DNA of 64,000 bases, from positions 64,001 through 128,000 of the forward strand of contig CM000433.1 in the NCBI GenBank assembly GCA_000165345.1, read 5' to 3'. Below are positions 1 to 14,617 of this stretch, in pieces. The stretch's first letter is position 1. Each line of letters opens with the position of its first letter. The position numbers were made by a program, and so were the translations under genes. The notes beneath the pieces are model-generated. The model searched no databases, was not told the origin of the DNA, and saw nothing but the letters and a program-made list of their open reading frames with translations.

Positions 1-646
1 GAGATGTCGGTAATATTGGAAGAAATCTTGTCTTCGTACTTAATGGAGTAAATATTGATGATGTACTAACATTCAATTTATTATTATTGCTACTTAAATT
101 ACCTATTGAACTTTCAAATCGACTTGGTGTCATACCTAATGATTTTATTCTTACTTGTGATTTTGTTGTTTGCGGAGTTCTTCCATCTATATTATTACCT
201 AAATTATCATTAATTCCCCTTACAACACTTTCTCCAAATATACTACCACCACCATAAGCATCATCATCAACTTCTTTATAACTTTTAATTGAATGAATTC
301 CATTTCTAATATTGAATGGAGTCAATATTCTCGTATTTTCTACTGATGATAATATCATTGTTGCATAATTATTATCAGTGTTTCTTGAATTCCCACTTTC
401 TCTGTTATTAATACTATTGTATGGCAATGGCGGAGGAAGCCCTGTTGGACGTGACGGAGATATATGCATTTTTTTTGATGGTGATGCTAAACCATATGTT
501 CCTCTTTTTGAGCTTATTTCAAAATCATTTATTTCGTTATTTTCTTCATTTAAATCTCTTATTCGTACTGATGGAGTTCCCCCCAATCCAATACTATTAC
601 CAATATTACCAACTAAAGATGCTAGTGATTTTCTCATTTATTAATA
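1..646 (-). CDS. Partial CDS (N-terminal part of a gene that continues past the window start): Ser/Asn/Gly-rich protein of unknown function
   Basis: Minus-strand ATG at 646-644. The frame is open for more than 210 codons to position 1 (MRKSLASLVGNIGNSIGLGGTPSVRIRDLNEENNEINDFEISSKRGTYGLASPSKKMHISPSRPTGLPPPLPYNS...). It is absent from the ORF track only because no stop lies inside the window. GC content is clearly above the 650-1200 AT spacer. Confidence 0.45.
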
Positions 647-1211
647 ATTAATTAATTTACTCTGTAATCAACCCGTATACATTAATTCATAGAATGTATG
701 TAATATTTGAAACTATCTTTTATTTTTTCTTTTATTATTTATTTATTATTTTTTTTAATTAAATTAAAAAAAAACTTGGTATTAATTTTTTTTTATTTGA
801 ATCATGAGGGGCGCTCTATTTCCTATTTTTATATTACGTGGAGATTATTGAAATTTGCTATTAATAATATACATGCAAATATTAACCCGCTCAAACACGT
901 AATTATCAAATTTTTACATGTATTTTATAATTTAATTTAGCTATATAATATATAATAATGACTAATAAAGGCTCTAATTAAGTAATTGAACAACGATAAT
1001 TAAAATAATAAAATTAAAGAAAATAAAAACATTTCAAGTGTGAAATAGAATAATTTTACAAAAAAAAAGAAAAAAATTAAATCTATATTTTAGTAATTAA
1101 TGAATAAATTTGATAAGAATTTATGAAGCAAAATTATTAAAACTAACAATAAAGTATTAAGTTCTTTTTTAGATTAAATTTTTGAAAAAAAATTAAGATT
1201 GGTTAAAAAAA

Positions 1212-2606
<1,395 letters not shown>

Positions 2607-3021
2607 TATTGATTAATAATATTGCACTTTTTCACTTGAAATATTAAATTATATATCAGTAATCTTAGTAATAATATTATAAATAATTTTAGAATAAAGA
2701 ATATAATATATTTCTTTATACAGTTTTTTTTTCAATGTTTATTTCACAGCACTTTTCTTTTTCTCTTTTTATTTAATCTTTAAATATTTATTATTAATAT
2801 TTAATTACGAATGGGCGGGAAATGGGGTTTCTGCATTTATAATATATTTGTGTGATATTTAGTAATGATATTCTTAAAAATGAATATTTCAATATAAACA
2901 GAAATTTTTATTTATTACAAAAAAAATTCTTTTTCATGTATTCTTTTGTAAAATAAAGTAAATATTTAATTACATAAATTTAAAATTCTAAATAATATAT
3001 TAAAAAATTGTTTTAATTGAA

Positions 3022-3564
3022 TTAAACAGAGTTGCCTTTTGATTTATTCTTATCAGATTTTTTACTTTTCTTATCAGATTTTTCAGTTTTCTTTTTAACT
3101 TTAATTATATCGTCTTTACAAGTGATATTTTCAACATTTGATTCAAACTTTTGTTTTGATTTTGTTTTTTTTTTATCTTTCTTTGAATTGGAAGATTTAC
3201 TACTTTTGCTAGAAATTGATTGACTTTCATCCTCACTATCAGTAGAAAGGTCGTCTGAATTTAAATCTTCATATCTAGAATCATTAATATTTGTTGACAA
3301 TTTATTTGCAACATTATTATATGCATCTTTCCACCAATCTGACCAATCTTGAGAAGATTCTCTTGTAACTTTTGCACCAAGTCCTAAATTATCACTCTTT
3401 TTTTTTATTTGAATACATTCTTGCATTCCTACTTCTTCTTTTCCAAGACCTTTTCCTTCCGTCCAACCCATTTTTTGAAGCAAATTTATACCAATATTTG
3501 AAGAAAATGGAATTGCTGAATGTAATCCTCCACTATTCAATTTATCAAAATAATTCTTTGACAT
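3022..3564 (-). CDS. G-patch domain nucleolar protein, PinX1/Gno1-like
   Basis: Canonical G-patch near the N-terminus (NLLQKMGWTEGKGLGKEEVGMQECIQIKKKSDNLGLG) followed by a W-rich segment (SQDWSDWWKDAY) and a Lys/Ser-rich tail. Established G-patch consensus GxxxxxxMGWxxGxGLG...GLG. Confidence 0.7.
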   Translation of the reverse strand: MSKNYFDKLNSGGLHSAIPFSSNIGINLLQKMGWTEGKGLGKEEVGMQECIQIKKKSDNLGLGAKVTRESSQDWSDWWKDAYNNVANKLSTNINDSRYEDLNSDDLSTDSEDESQSISSKSSKSSNSKKDKKKTKSKQKFESNVENITCKDDIIKVKKKTEKSDKKSKKSDKNKSKGNSV

Positions 3565-3968
3565 TTTACATTTAAATATATCAGCTATAAACTAAATAAT
3601 ATTAACTTATATTAAAATATTATTTTATATCTTCTCCTTCTTACTTAAATTATAAATTTTGTTTAATTAATTACAAATCAATTTTAATAATAACTTTTTT
3701 CTTTCAAAATTAACTTAATTTATATTAATTTTGAACTATATTTATTCTCTTAATATTCTTTACTATAAAATAATTCAAATTTGTATCATGGAGATAAATA
3801 TATGACCGGATTTATAAATAAATTTTCTCAATTCCTTTTAATGTTATTAATTTTAATTTAATTAATCTATTAAGGGAAAAAAAATCATCCAAAATGTAAA
3901 TTTAGACCTTTAATACCTCCAACTATGAAATATTTTTATATTAATAATAAAAATTACTTTAAAATTAC

Positions 3969-3984
3969 GTGTGGCGCCAAAATA
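3969..3984. promoter_or_regulatory. E2F-like GGCGCC-core site (ACGTGTGGCGCCAAAA) in the promoter of the G-patch gene
   Basis: Isolated GC-rich motif in a spacer that is otherwise above 85% AT, about 400 bp upstream of the G-patch ATG. It matches the TTTSGCGC/GCGCCAAA E2F consensus half (established knowledge). The same core recurs at 30109, 39277, 44473, 54257 and 56991. Confidence 0.3.
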
Positions 3985-4166
3985 AATTAGATAATATTAT
4001 ATAAAATATAAATACAAGTGGAAATAAAACAGAGAAAAAATAATCAAATTGATTAATTAGTGTAATATCATCTAAAATTCCTTCTAATAATAATAATAAA
4101 AAAAAAGAAAAAAAATCAATAATGTAATACCTTGAATTAAAAAAATAATAATAATTTTGTTTCGAA

Positions 4167-6125
4167 TTAAATTTCTTCTTCAAATTTATATCTGAAAAAT
4201 TCATGTCTTAGAGCCATTTCAGGGGTAGGTCTTAAATTAGGATCTGGTCTCAAAATATATCTAATAAATTTGGCCAACATAATATGTTTTTTATGTACTA
4301 AATTCTCAAGAGGTCTACAGTCATTAACTCTTTTAATAGAAGTATTGCTTGAACTTCCTTCTGGCCAATTTAAAATATATTTATACTCTTCACTAGGGTG
4401 GTGGTTATTATTATTACTGATTTTTAATCTATTAACATATTTCTTCCCAGATTTACTACTATTATAAGCTTTTTTAAGCATGTAATCAGGAAATGGTTCA
4501 ATAATCTTTTCAATCATAGCTAAATGTTCCATATGTTCATGTGTTTTAAATAGTAATACACCTGTATAAAGTTCCATTAGAATACAACCAAAACCCCACA
4601 TATCACTAGACATATCCCATCCTAAATCTAAAATTACTTCAGGAGCTCTATATTGTCTTGTATTAATAACACTACCATGATAATCATGTTCATAAGTTGC
4701 TGCACCAAAATCAATCAATCTAATTTCAGGACGTACTGGTCTTCTAATTAATGCACCAGGATGTCTTGGAGCATTTACCCATATATAATTATTATCAGTA
4801 AATAATATATTCTCAAGTTTAAGATCAGTATGAGTTAATTTCATCTTTCTTAAAAAAGATAAAGCTAATAAAAATTGTTCTGAAATATTCTGAATATCAG
4901 CAAGAAAGAAACCTCTTGAACAATTACCATCTAAAAAATCAAATAAACTTGGTCCAAGTTTTTCAAATACAAGACACATATTTGAGTTATTAAATAAAAA
5001 TGCATTATATAACATAACGCAATATGAATATTCACCAAATTTATCTTCCATATTAATATCTCTAAGAATTTCTGCTTCAATTTTTGCTGCTGATGTATAT
5101 CTTTGTACATCTCTTATTACCTTTATTGCAACTTTTCTTTTTCTTTTTAAATCTTCACATTCAAAAACTCTTCCAAAAGTACCTTCTCCTATAATATCTA
5201 ATATACGATATCTTGAAGTTAAATATTGTCCAACATACCATTGAAAATGTTCTATTTCATCTGAATTTGTATTATTATTATTATTATTATTATTATGATA
5301 ATTATTATTCATATTATTATTATTACTATTATTATTATTATTGTTGTTATTTCTATTACGATATTCTCTAGATAATTCATTATCTTGAGAATAATCTAAT
5401 GAATCATCTGAATATCTAACTTTTTTATTAGAATTATTATAATATGTAATTGAAGAACCACGAGAATCATATGATCTATATTCATTAATTCCTATATCTT
5501 TATATTTTAACATTCCACTTGCACTACTTAATCCTCTTCTTTTCTTAATTTCATTATTATCATAATACTTATGATAATAATTACTATTAATATTATTATT
5601 AACATTTTTACTATGTAACATAATATTATATCCAGGTTTTAATCCATAATTTGTTATATCATGATTGTTATCATTATTATTATCACAATTATTAGTATTT
5701 ATATTCATATTCATATTTATATTGTTATTATTATTTCCATAATATCTTTTTTGATAGTAACTATTACCATCATTACTATAATTTATATTGTCTAATTGTT
5801 TTTCTGTTGATGCAACATATAGTGTTTCATATTCATACTCTGGCATTAAATTTATTCTAGAAGTATTAATACCAGAATTTGAATTATTAATAATATTTCT
5901 ATTTCCAACATATGTATTGTTTATTTCATTCTTTCTATGTTTAATTCCTGTTCTTCTACTTTCATAATAAGTTCTTTTTCTATTATTTTGTGGTAAATCT
6001 ACATAATCATCTACATAATAGCTATTCATATATTCATTACCACTCATATTTCTGGATATTTCATTATATTTATTATTAACATTAATATAGTTTAATCCAT
6101 TTCTGAATTTTGTTCTTTGGTCCAT
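4167..6125 (-). CDS. clkA: LAMMER/CLK-family dual-specificity protein kinase (CMGC group)
   Basis: 652-aa ORF. Kinase subdomains are GEGTFGRV, VAIK, HTDLKLENIL, DFG, RAPE and DMWGFGCIL. The LAMMER signature EHLAMIEKIIEPFP lies in subdomain X. There is a long Asn-rich N-terminal extension. The symbol is the D. discoideum ortholog name and is tentative because the species is not certain. Confidence 0.85.
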   Translation of the reverse strand: MDQRTKFRNGLNYINVNNKYNEISRNMSGNEYMNSYYVDDYVDLPQNNRKRTYYESRRTGIKHRKNEINNTYVGNRNIINNSNSGINTSRINLMPEYEYETLYVASTEKQLDNINYSNDGNSYYQKRYYGNNNNNINMNMNINTNNCDNNNDNNHDITNYGLKPGYNIMLHSKNVNNNINSNYYHKYYDNNEIKKRRGLSSASGMLKYKDIGINEYRSYDSRGSSITYYNNSNKKVRYSDDSLDYSQDNELSREYRNRNNNNNNNNSNNNNMNNNYHNNNNNNNNTNSDEIEHFQWYVGQYLTSRYRILDIIGEGTFGRVFECEDLKRKRKVAIKVIRDVQRYTSAAKIEAEILRDINMEDKFGEYSYCVMLYNAFLFNNSNMCLVFEKLGPSLFDFLDGNCSRGFFLADIQNISEQFLLALSFLRKMKLTHTDLKLENILFTDNNYIWVNAPRHPGALIRRPVRPEIRLIDFGAATYEHDYHGSVINTRQYRAPEVILDLGWDMSSDMWGFGCILMELYTGVLLFKTHEHMEHLAMIEKIIEPFPDYMLKKAYNSSKSGKKYVNRLKISNNNNHHPSEEYKYILNWPEGSSSNTSIKRVNDCRPLENLVHKKHIMLAKFIRYILRPDPNLRPTPEMALRHEFFRYKFEEEI

Positions 6126-6840
6126 ATTTAAAAATTTAATTAATTATATGTAATTTACATAATATATTCAAATTATTAATATTATTAGATTCTTTATAAA
6201 TAAAACTTTTAATTTATCTGAATCTTGCATTTATTAGGGTATTTATAATCCCATAATTTTCATTAGCATTAATATAGTCACAATAATACGAGAATTTTTT
6301 TTTTTCTTTTCTTTTTTAATTATATTTCCAAAAAAAAAAAAAAAAAAATATAAATAAAATAATTTAATTAAATTTACCAAATCTTACTTGAATAATTGAT
6401 ATTGCTTAATTTTAATTTGAAATTTTTACAGTAAATGTTAGTATAATTCACTATTGGACTTTACTATATATTCTATTTCGTTTTTAACCCTTACTTCCTT
6501 GTATATTTATCTCAACAAGAATAAATAATAAACTTGGAAGAGAACATATATATATATATTGTTTATACTTGTACTTAAAACTCTAATATATATTTATACA
6601 TTATTATATATAAATATATATTCTTATATAGCATTGTATTTATGATATATTAATTATTATTATATTTATCTTGATTATATCTTTTTTTTGATTTTTAAAT
6701 TGTTTTTAATTTTAATTTTTTTTCTTCAATTATTTTACTTTATTACTATTTATTTTTATAATATAAATTTATTTTATATAATAACAGTCTGGACTGTACA
6801 AAAAGGCGGGAATTATGGGTTAAATTATATTATATACATA

Positions 6841-7000
6841 TATAAATATAATACAATATATTATATATTGTAAATAGTATATTTCTATATATATAATTTT
6901 ACATTATATAATTTTATATTGTATTATTATATATTGTATTATTATATATTGTATTATTTTATATTGTATTATTTTATATTATATTATTTTATATTATATT
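6841..7000. repeat. AT-rich tandem repeat, (tatattgtattatta)n-like
   Basis: Direct repetition of the attgtattattatat / attttatattgtatt units is visible in the sequence, in the spacer between the kinase promoter and the 3' end of the upstream gene. Confidence 0.6.
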
Positions 7001-7187
7001 ACATAAATGTATATATGTATTTTAAATAGATTTTTTAATTGATAGATTAATTAGTGTGATTTAATTATTTGAATGTATAGTAAATAGGATGAAAAAAGAG
7101 AGGAATTGATAAAGCTTTATATTCTTTCATAAACTTTTATACAGAATAATGATATGGTTGCTATTCGACTTGTATTATTATTATTAT

Positions 7188-7985
7188 TTAGCATTCTTGA
7201 GAAAGAATCTCTTTGATACCATCAATTTCATCTTGAGTGAAATAATTAGTACAACTTTGAACATTTGATGTGAGATTACTGCTACTACTCGTGTTGCTAT
7301 TTGCATTTCTATTTGTGTTGATATTTGTATAATAACTTGTAGAGCTACTTGCGTTATATGAAAAAGAAGAAGAAGTGGAATGAATTGAAAGATCTTTAAC
7401 TAATTCATCAATTAGAATGGTGTCTTCTTCAGAAAAGAAATTTTGATTTTGAAAAGAGGAATTATTTATCATCGTATTATTATTATTATTATTATTGTTA
7501 TTTTTTAGATGATTAGAGGAATTTTTGACAGACAATAGTTTGTTTTTAATAATATCAGATAATCTAGTACTTGATACAGATTCATTTGGAGAAAAATTAC
7601 AATAGTTGGTATAATCAGATAATATTTCTTCTTGAATAACTGAATTATCTTCACTGGAAATTGGTTCTTCATTATCACTACAAGTGTCATCATATTTGTT
7701 TAGTTTGTTTAATTGATCATCATTTTGACTAATTAACTTGAGTTCATTTAATTGATTAACCAACCAGATATCATTGTATGAACAAGGTAACAAAAAAACC
7801 TAAAGAAATCATCAATATTAATTTATTATAATAATTATTATCATTATTTTTTAAAAAAAAAATTAATAACTCACTTTATTATTTAAAGTTTCTTGAAGTG
7901 AATCAACTTGTGAATCTTGAGAATTTTCAAAAATACATGAGTAACAAGATTCAAAAGAATCTTGTGTTTTTGTTGAATTTGTCAT
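7188..7985 (-). CDS. Two-exon gene encoding a Ser/Asn-rich protein of unknown function
   Basis: Exon 1 is 7875-7985 (ATG at 7985-7983; 37 codons, MTNSTKTQDSFESCYSCIFENSQDSQVDSLQETLNNK). The intron is 7799-7874 with a GTGAGT donor, a TTTCTTTAG acceptor and about 90% AT. Exon 2 is 7188-7798 and continues in phase (VFLLPCSYNDIWLVNQLNELK...), matching the ORF-track entry 7188-7793. Confidence 0.5.
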
Positions 7986-9517
7986 TTAATATTTCTTTAA
8001 TTAATTCAAATAATATTTATTTATATATTTAATGAATATAATGTTTATATTAATGCAAAATCATTGTATGATTTTTATAATTACCAAGTTTATAAAATAT
8101 TATCTTGTTTGTTAAGACAAATTCACTTATTTAATTTATATTCATTAGTAGATTTATGACTAACTTTCTTTCTTTTTAATTAAATATATCTATATATTAT
8201 CTATATATATATAGATATATATTTATATACATATATAAATAAATACATATGTATGTACATAAATATATTTCTTATACATATATATACATATATATAATTA
8301 TTACACAAGGTTTTTCAATAACTATACATTATTTGCACAACTTTTCTTCTTTTTTAATCTTGGTAATTATCCTTTTTCTTTAAGAAATATGAAAAAATAT
8401 TAATTATTAAAAAATCAAAATAATAGTATTATTATTATTATTTATTATTTTTCAACACAAATTATTACTAGTGATTTTAAATTGTTTATTTTTCAATTAT
8501 TTATTATATATTTATATAATTTATTTTATTTAATAAATAAATAAATTTATATGTAAATTAAATATATATTTATATATATACATAAACATTTAATTAAATA
8601 ATTGAAAAATAAGTTATAAATATTTTTGTTTATTTTAATGTACATAGTAATTTAATATTTACATGTGATCCCGCCTATAATCAAATTTTACTTTAATATT
8701 AATATCTTCCTCTTAAAAAAAAAACAATTTCAAGAATTATTCCAGTTATTTTTGACTGTTTTTTTTTTAAATTTCCTTTTTATAGAAAAAAAAAATCATT
8801 AAGAATTTTTATTATTAATTAAACTTATTTTCGTATTTTAACTTTCTTCTCTTTTTTTAATATTGCTAATAAATGACAATTATTTTATTAACTATTACAA
8901 TCCAAAACAACGAATAAAAGTTGAATAGGGGAAAAAAAAAACTAATATTACTTTAATGGAATGAAATATCTATTTAGAATGTTTTTAGTAGAACTCAACT
9001 CATTATAAATCTAGAATTCATATATACATATATATATATTTATTTATTTATTTATATTTTTTCTTCGCCCACTTAATTATACTTTAATCATTTTTTTTAC
9101 TTATAATGAAATAAATACACACACACATATACATATTTATATATTTACAAACACACAAAAAAGCCCGCCACAAAATCATTGAATTTTCCGCTTTCCCTTT
9201 CTCTCTCTTAGCATAATCACAACAAGATAAAAATACAAGAATTAATTTAATAAAGTAAATTTATTGCTACTTTCCCGCCTTTTATTTCTAATTAATTTAT
9301 TAGATACAAAAAAATGTTAAAAAAAAAGAGAAAAAAATGCATCTAATATTACATATGAACACAATTTCTTTATATTAAAAAACATTTTCAATAGATATCT
9401 ATGAATATTTTCTTTTTATTTGTTATTTAATATATAAAGCAAACATTAGGAAGATAAGAATGACATTCTAAATTAATGATTTTTGTTTATAATTTTTTTT
9501 GTTAGTTTTTCTTAATC

Positions 9518-9564
<47 letters not shown>

Positions 9565-9806
9565 AATTCATTCAATTAATATTCTAATTAGAAAATTTCA
9601 ATGATAAAATAAATATTTATTTTTATATGATAATTTTTGTGTGCGTATATAATTTTAAATATATTTAGAGGAATTTTTTTTTTTTTTTTTTAACCAAAAT
9701 TATAAATGTGTGAATATAAATTGTATAGTTAATGGATTTTCAATTATAAAAGAAGAATTTAAAGAATTTTAATACAAATTAAAAGAGAGTGAAAGAAATA
9801 AAGAAA

Positions 9807-12800
9807 ATGAGTTCATGCAATAATAATTTTCAAATGCTTGATGATTTGAAAAATAAAGGTAAATTTATTTCATAAAATCATTTTATTATTCTTATTCAAC
9901 CCTTTCTTCATTAATATATTTTTAGGTAACCAATTATTTATATCTGGAGATTATTTACAAAGCATTAAAATATATTCGAAATTCTTAATAATATAAATTC
10001 TCAAGAAACAAATATAAATAATGATTTTACCAAACTTAAATTACAAACTCTACTAAATAGAAGTGCATCTTATATTAAATTAAATGATTTTAATAATGGA
10101 CTTTTAGATTCTAATAATGCCTTAAATATTGATAATAAAAATATTAAAGGATTATTCAGAAAAGCTACTTGTCTTATTAATATAACTACTAATAACAATA
10201 ATGATTCTATTAAAAACTTGGATTTAGCAATTGATGAATTAAAAAAAGCTCTTTATATTGATAATAAAAATAAACCAATTAAAGAATTACTATCTAAAAC
10301 TATTATTCTTAAAAATGAATTAAATGATAAATATGAAACTAATAAATTACCAAGTGAAATACTTAAATATATTAAATGTAATATAATTCCAACCATTAAT
10401 AATAATATTAATTCTTTAAAAGAATTTCATGATAAATGGTTTGAATTCTATAAATATATATTATCCAATGGTACTCATGATATTATTATTAATAATAGTT
10501 GCTGTCAAGATCTTATTTATATACTTGAAAGATTTATTTATATTTCTGATAATATTATTAATATAATTAATAATAATAAATCAGATTCTGAATATAATAA
10601 AAAATTATATTATTATATAATATTTAATTCTTGGAATACTTTATCTTTATTAGTTGAAGAAAATGATATTATTACTGGTATATTTCAAGAAATAGACAAA
10701 GATGATATTAATTCATCATTATTCCAATTAAATAAAATAATCAACTTTAATAATAATAATAATAATCTTAATAAATTCANATCTTTAATTAGAATTAATA
10801 ATGATATTATCAATTTTACCAAAATTAAAGATTTTATTAATAATATTAATCCATTAATTCAAGAAAATCAATTAAAAACCAATTCAAAACAATTATTGAA
10901 TAGTATTTTTAATGTATTATTATGTACATTTAATTATAATTCAATAGATTTGAATGATACCTATCAACACATTAAACTTCTTACTTGTATTATTAATAAC
11001 CAATTAATTCAAGAAATTAATTCAACATTATATTTATTGGTTTTAAGAAATTTATCAATAATATTCCAACAAATCAAATCAAAAGGTACCAAAATTGAAG
11101 CTCTTGATTATAATACAGAAATTGAAAATTTGATTAATTCATTATTTTCTTTATCATATTATTATTTTAAATCTTCATTTAATGATATTTGTGGTAATAA
11201 TGATAATGATAATAAAATTCTACAAAGTTTAGAATTTATATTAACTATCATTTTTTCTTTAATTTCTGAAAAAGAAAGAAATAACCACCAAAATAATATA
11301 ATTGATATTCATAAAATTTCAAATAATCATATAATCTCCAAATATGTATTAAATTCAATCAAAAAATCTGATAATATTTTGGATAATGCTCATAATCAAG
11401 ATGATCATGAACAATCTTCAAATTGGATTGCTTTTGATTTTATTAATTTTATTAATGGATTAATGGGACTTAAAATACTTCATTATTCTAATAGAGAAGT
11501 ACTTAAAGGATTTATATTAAATTATCCACAAATTCTTCATTGTATATTATTAATAGTATTAACCAATTATTCAGAATATTATTCAATATTGAATTATTCA
11601 TTAAAAAATCAAACAAATGATTTTATTATTAGTGAAAAATTATTCAATATTATTATTAAACCTTGGTGTATTGAAATATTATCATTATTAATGGAATTTA
11701 GAGATACCACAAGATCAATTGTTAAAGATGATGATACCATTATTTTAATTTTTAATATTTGTAAGAATATTATTATATCGAATAATAATAATAATAATAA
11801 TAATAATGATACTTTAAATTTGAATGAATTGGATTCTTGTTGTAGACTTTTAAATGGTATTTCCAAAACAACCATGGAAAATAATGATATACTTGATTTA
11901 TTTATTAATCAATTAGATATTTTATCATTACTTGAACATATTTGGATTATTTTTCAAAATTATTATATAAATAATAATATTAATAATAAATTAATATGGT
12001 CTTGTATTCAAAATTCTTTTGAAATCTTTACAATACTTTCAATGCATAATATATTTAAATCCAAATTATTAATTTATAAAATGAAAAAGAATATTTCAAA
12101 TGTTAATGTTAATAATAACCAAAGTTTATTAAAGAATGAGAATTCCAATAAATCATCATCTTGTTGTTCACTTACAGAAAATGAATTATTTATTTTAAAT
12201 ATATTAAATTTACCAGAAATATATAATTATAATAAAAATATTAAATATTTCTCAAATACTTTTCTTTATCTTTATATATCATTCATACAAAATCTTCTTA
12301 CAAGTAATTATTCAGATCCATATTCAGAATCAAATAATAATAATAATTATGATGAATNTAAATCAGTATATTTTTTTAAAAAGGCAAAGATTNTATGGGC
12401 CAATATAATTCAGAAAATCATGTTGATTTTGATCAATCTCATTTAGAACAACTTGAAACATGTATAAACATTTACCAGATATACTCGTAATGAAAGAAAT
12501 GGACATTATGATAGAGGTGATGAAATTCTTGCAAATACTTATAGAAAATTAATGATTGAAAAATCAAATATTATAAGTTTTATGTATATTATTCTTGAAA
12601 AGAATATTTCCAATAATAATATTAATGATAATAATAATAAAAATACAACTTCATCATCATTGCCATTTATATTTAATATTGCAAATAATATTGTTGATTT
12701 AATTGTTAATACAGAAGACTTGAATGAAAAAAATTCAAAAGAAATATTATCTTTAAGAGGAAAAATAATCCAAAAAGGTGGTCTTAAATGTTTACTTGAT

Positions 12801-13607
12801 TCTATTACCATTATTGATAATGAATTATTAAATCTTAAATCAAATAAATCTTCATCTACTAATATATTTTCAATAAATAAAAAATATCTGATTGATAGAT
12901 CCAGAGAATATAAACAAGCCATTAGTAAATTACTGATATATATTTCACCAACACTTATTTCTTATAAATTACTTGTAGAATGTGCAATAAAAATTCAATC
13001 ATTACTTGAAGATGAACATGAACTTTTACAATATGAATCAGCTCTGGCAATTACAAATATACTTAGTAAATCATTTGATAAAATTTCACAAGATTCTGAA
13101 AATGATTCAATTTCTATAAGAATTTATAATAGTGGTCTTGGATGGAGTTTATTAAAAAGTCTTTGTTTTACTGATAATAATTTATTAAGAGCTGCTGGTT
13201 TAGAAGGACTTTGTAATTTTTGTAATAAAGATTATGTTGTTTTAAATCATTTTATTTCAAGTAAATCCAATGGTATTGAAGATTTAAAATTATTTATTGC
13301 TTTTTCACAAGAACAAGATAATAGAATCCAAATTGCAGCTTTAGGTGCTTTAGCTATGTTATCTTCTTATTCTGATGTTTCAAAGATTATTATTGATAAT
13401 TGGAATCAATTTGGAATACAATTAATTCAAGTTTCTGAAGATTTTTATAATAATAATAATAATAATTTAGAAGTTAAAGAAAGGCTTGTTTTTTGTTTAA
13501 ATAATTTATTATTATATATTTCTTCTCAAAATAATAATAATAATAATAATCAAGTATTATTAAATATCCATAAAAGTATTCAAGATTGCATAATATTTTT
13601 AGAATAA
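9807..13607 (+). CDS. unc45: UNC-45/Cro1/She4-like myosin chaperone: N-terminal TPR repeats, Asn-rich central region, C-terminal UCS (armadillo-like) domain; gene model interrupted by probable sequence errors
   Basis: Exon 1 is 9807-9858 (MSSCNNNFQMLDDLKNK). Intron 9859-9925 (GTAAAT...TTTTAG). Exon 2 starts at 9926 and encodes a textbook TPR (GNQLFISGDYLQSIKIYSKFL); a second TPR follows (LLNRSASYIKLNDFNNGLLDSNNALNIDNKNIKGLFRKATCL). That continues into ORF 10218-12446. ORF 12552-13607 is in the same frame (mod 3) and carries UCS-type motifs (LQYESALAITNILS, RAAGLEGLCNF, IAALGALAMLSS). These resemble the conserved FEALMALTNLA and ARM repeats of UNC-45 family proteins, from memory of the family. 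Frame breaks lie near 9985-9995 (1-nt shift between the two TPRs) and at 12447-12550 (stops, with ambiguous n at 12358 and 12393). Confidence 0.55.
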
Positions 13608-13636
13608 TATTAAATAAATTTAATTATTCATTAATA

Positions 13637-14599
13637 TTAATTTTTAATATTACTCATCGATGTATTTTTACTTATATCACCAGAAGAAGGCAGCATTGAA
13701 GATGAGCTTGAATAAGTTGAAATTGTTAGACTATTATTATTATTGTTATTATTATTTTTGTTATTCTTATCAGATTTATCTTTATTTTTAATTTTATCAA
13801 TCAAATTTATTTCACTCATAACTTTTTGAAAATTATTAATATCTTTTTGTAAAATTGTAATATCTTGAGCTATTTTATCAATACCATATTCAATATTTTC
13901 AAATATATTCTTATTATTATTATCATTATTTTCGTCATCTTCAATTGTTTCATCTTGCATTTCATTTTTAATAATACACTTTTTATATAAATATTGAATT
14001 TTATATACAATCATTATTGATAATGGTATTAATGATAGATAACCAATAATTTGTAATGATGTTGTATATTTTTGTGGTGTATTTGCTAATACTAATGATA
14101 ATATCAGATTACCAGGAATTACCATTGAATAACAAAATGAATTAACCAAAGCAAATTCTGTTGGTTTAAATAATGATCTTATATATGATGGAGCAATTGA
14201 ATACATACCAGCATATGAAAATCCTACTCCAAATATTACAACCAACCAATAAGATTTTAAATAATTTATTAATAATAATGATAATGACATTGTTAAAGTT
14301 AAAATAATGGTTTGCGTACTTTTATACATTATTTTATTATTTGCCAATAAATCACTTAAATAACCAGAAATAACTCTTACAAATAATTCAATAACTGTTA
14401 ATATTTGAATCATTCTGATTGATTTTTCTTTTGTAATGTCTGGTATATAATATATTGAAAATCTTGTAATAAAGGTACCACAAGGTTGTCCGGTGCTTAT
14501 GGTAAATAAGTATCCGAATATTATCGATATAGTTTCCAAATTGGATATTAATTTAATACAATTTAATATTGATATTTTTATATGTTGATACGGGTTCAT
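13637..14599 (-). CDS. MFS-type transporter, C-terminal half (TM7-12) with Asn-rich cytoplasmic tail
   Basis: 320-aa ORF with six hydrophobic spans. The TM8-TM9 loop carries an MFS motif-A variant (ISGYLSDLLANNKIMYK, compare G-x-LaDr-x-GrR). It has a hydrophilic C-terminal tail. Confidence 0.6.
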   Translation of the reverse strand: MNPYQHIKISILNCIKLISNLETISIIFGYLFTISTGQPCGTFITRFSIYYIPDITKEKSIRMIQILTVIELFVRVISGYLSDLLANNKIMYKSTQTIILTLTMSLSLLLINYLKSYWLVVIFGVGFSYAGMYSIAPSYIRSLFKPTEFALVNSFCYSMVIPGNLILSLVLANTPQKYTTSLQIIGYLSLIPLSIMIVYKIQYLYKKCIIKNEMQDETIEDDENNDNNNKNIFENIEYGIDKIAQDITILQKDINNFQKVMSEINLIDKIKNKDKSDKNNKNNNNNNNNSLTISTYSSSSSMLPSSGDISKNTSMSNIKN

Positions 14600-14617
14600 T
14601 TTTGTATGATTTATTAA

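Noticed and set aside
378-940. Plus-strand ORFs 378-644, 421-651 and 707-940
   Set aside because: The first two are antisense to the much longer open minus-strand coding frame (1-646). The third lies in a 90% AT spacer with Phe/Ile/Leu/Lys composition typical of random AT-rich ORFs.
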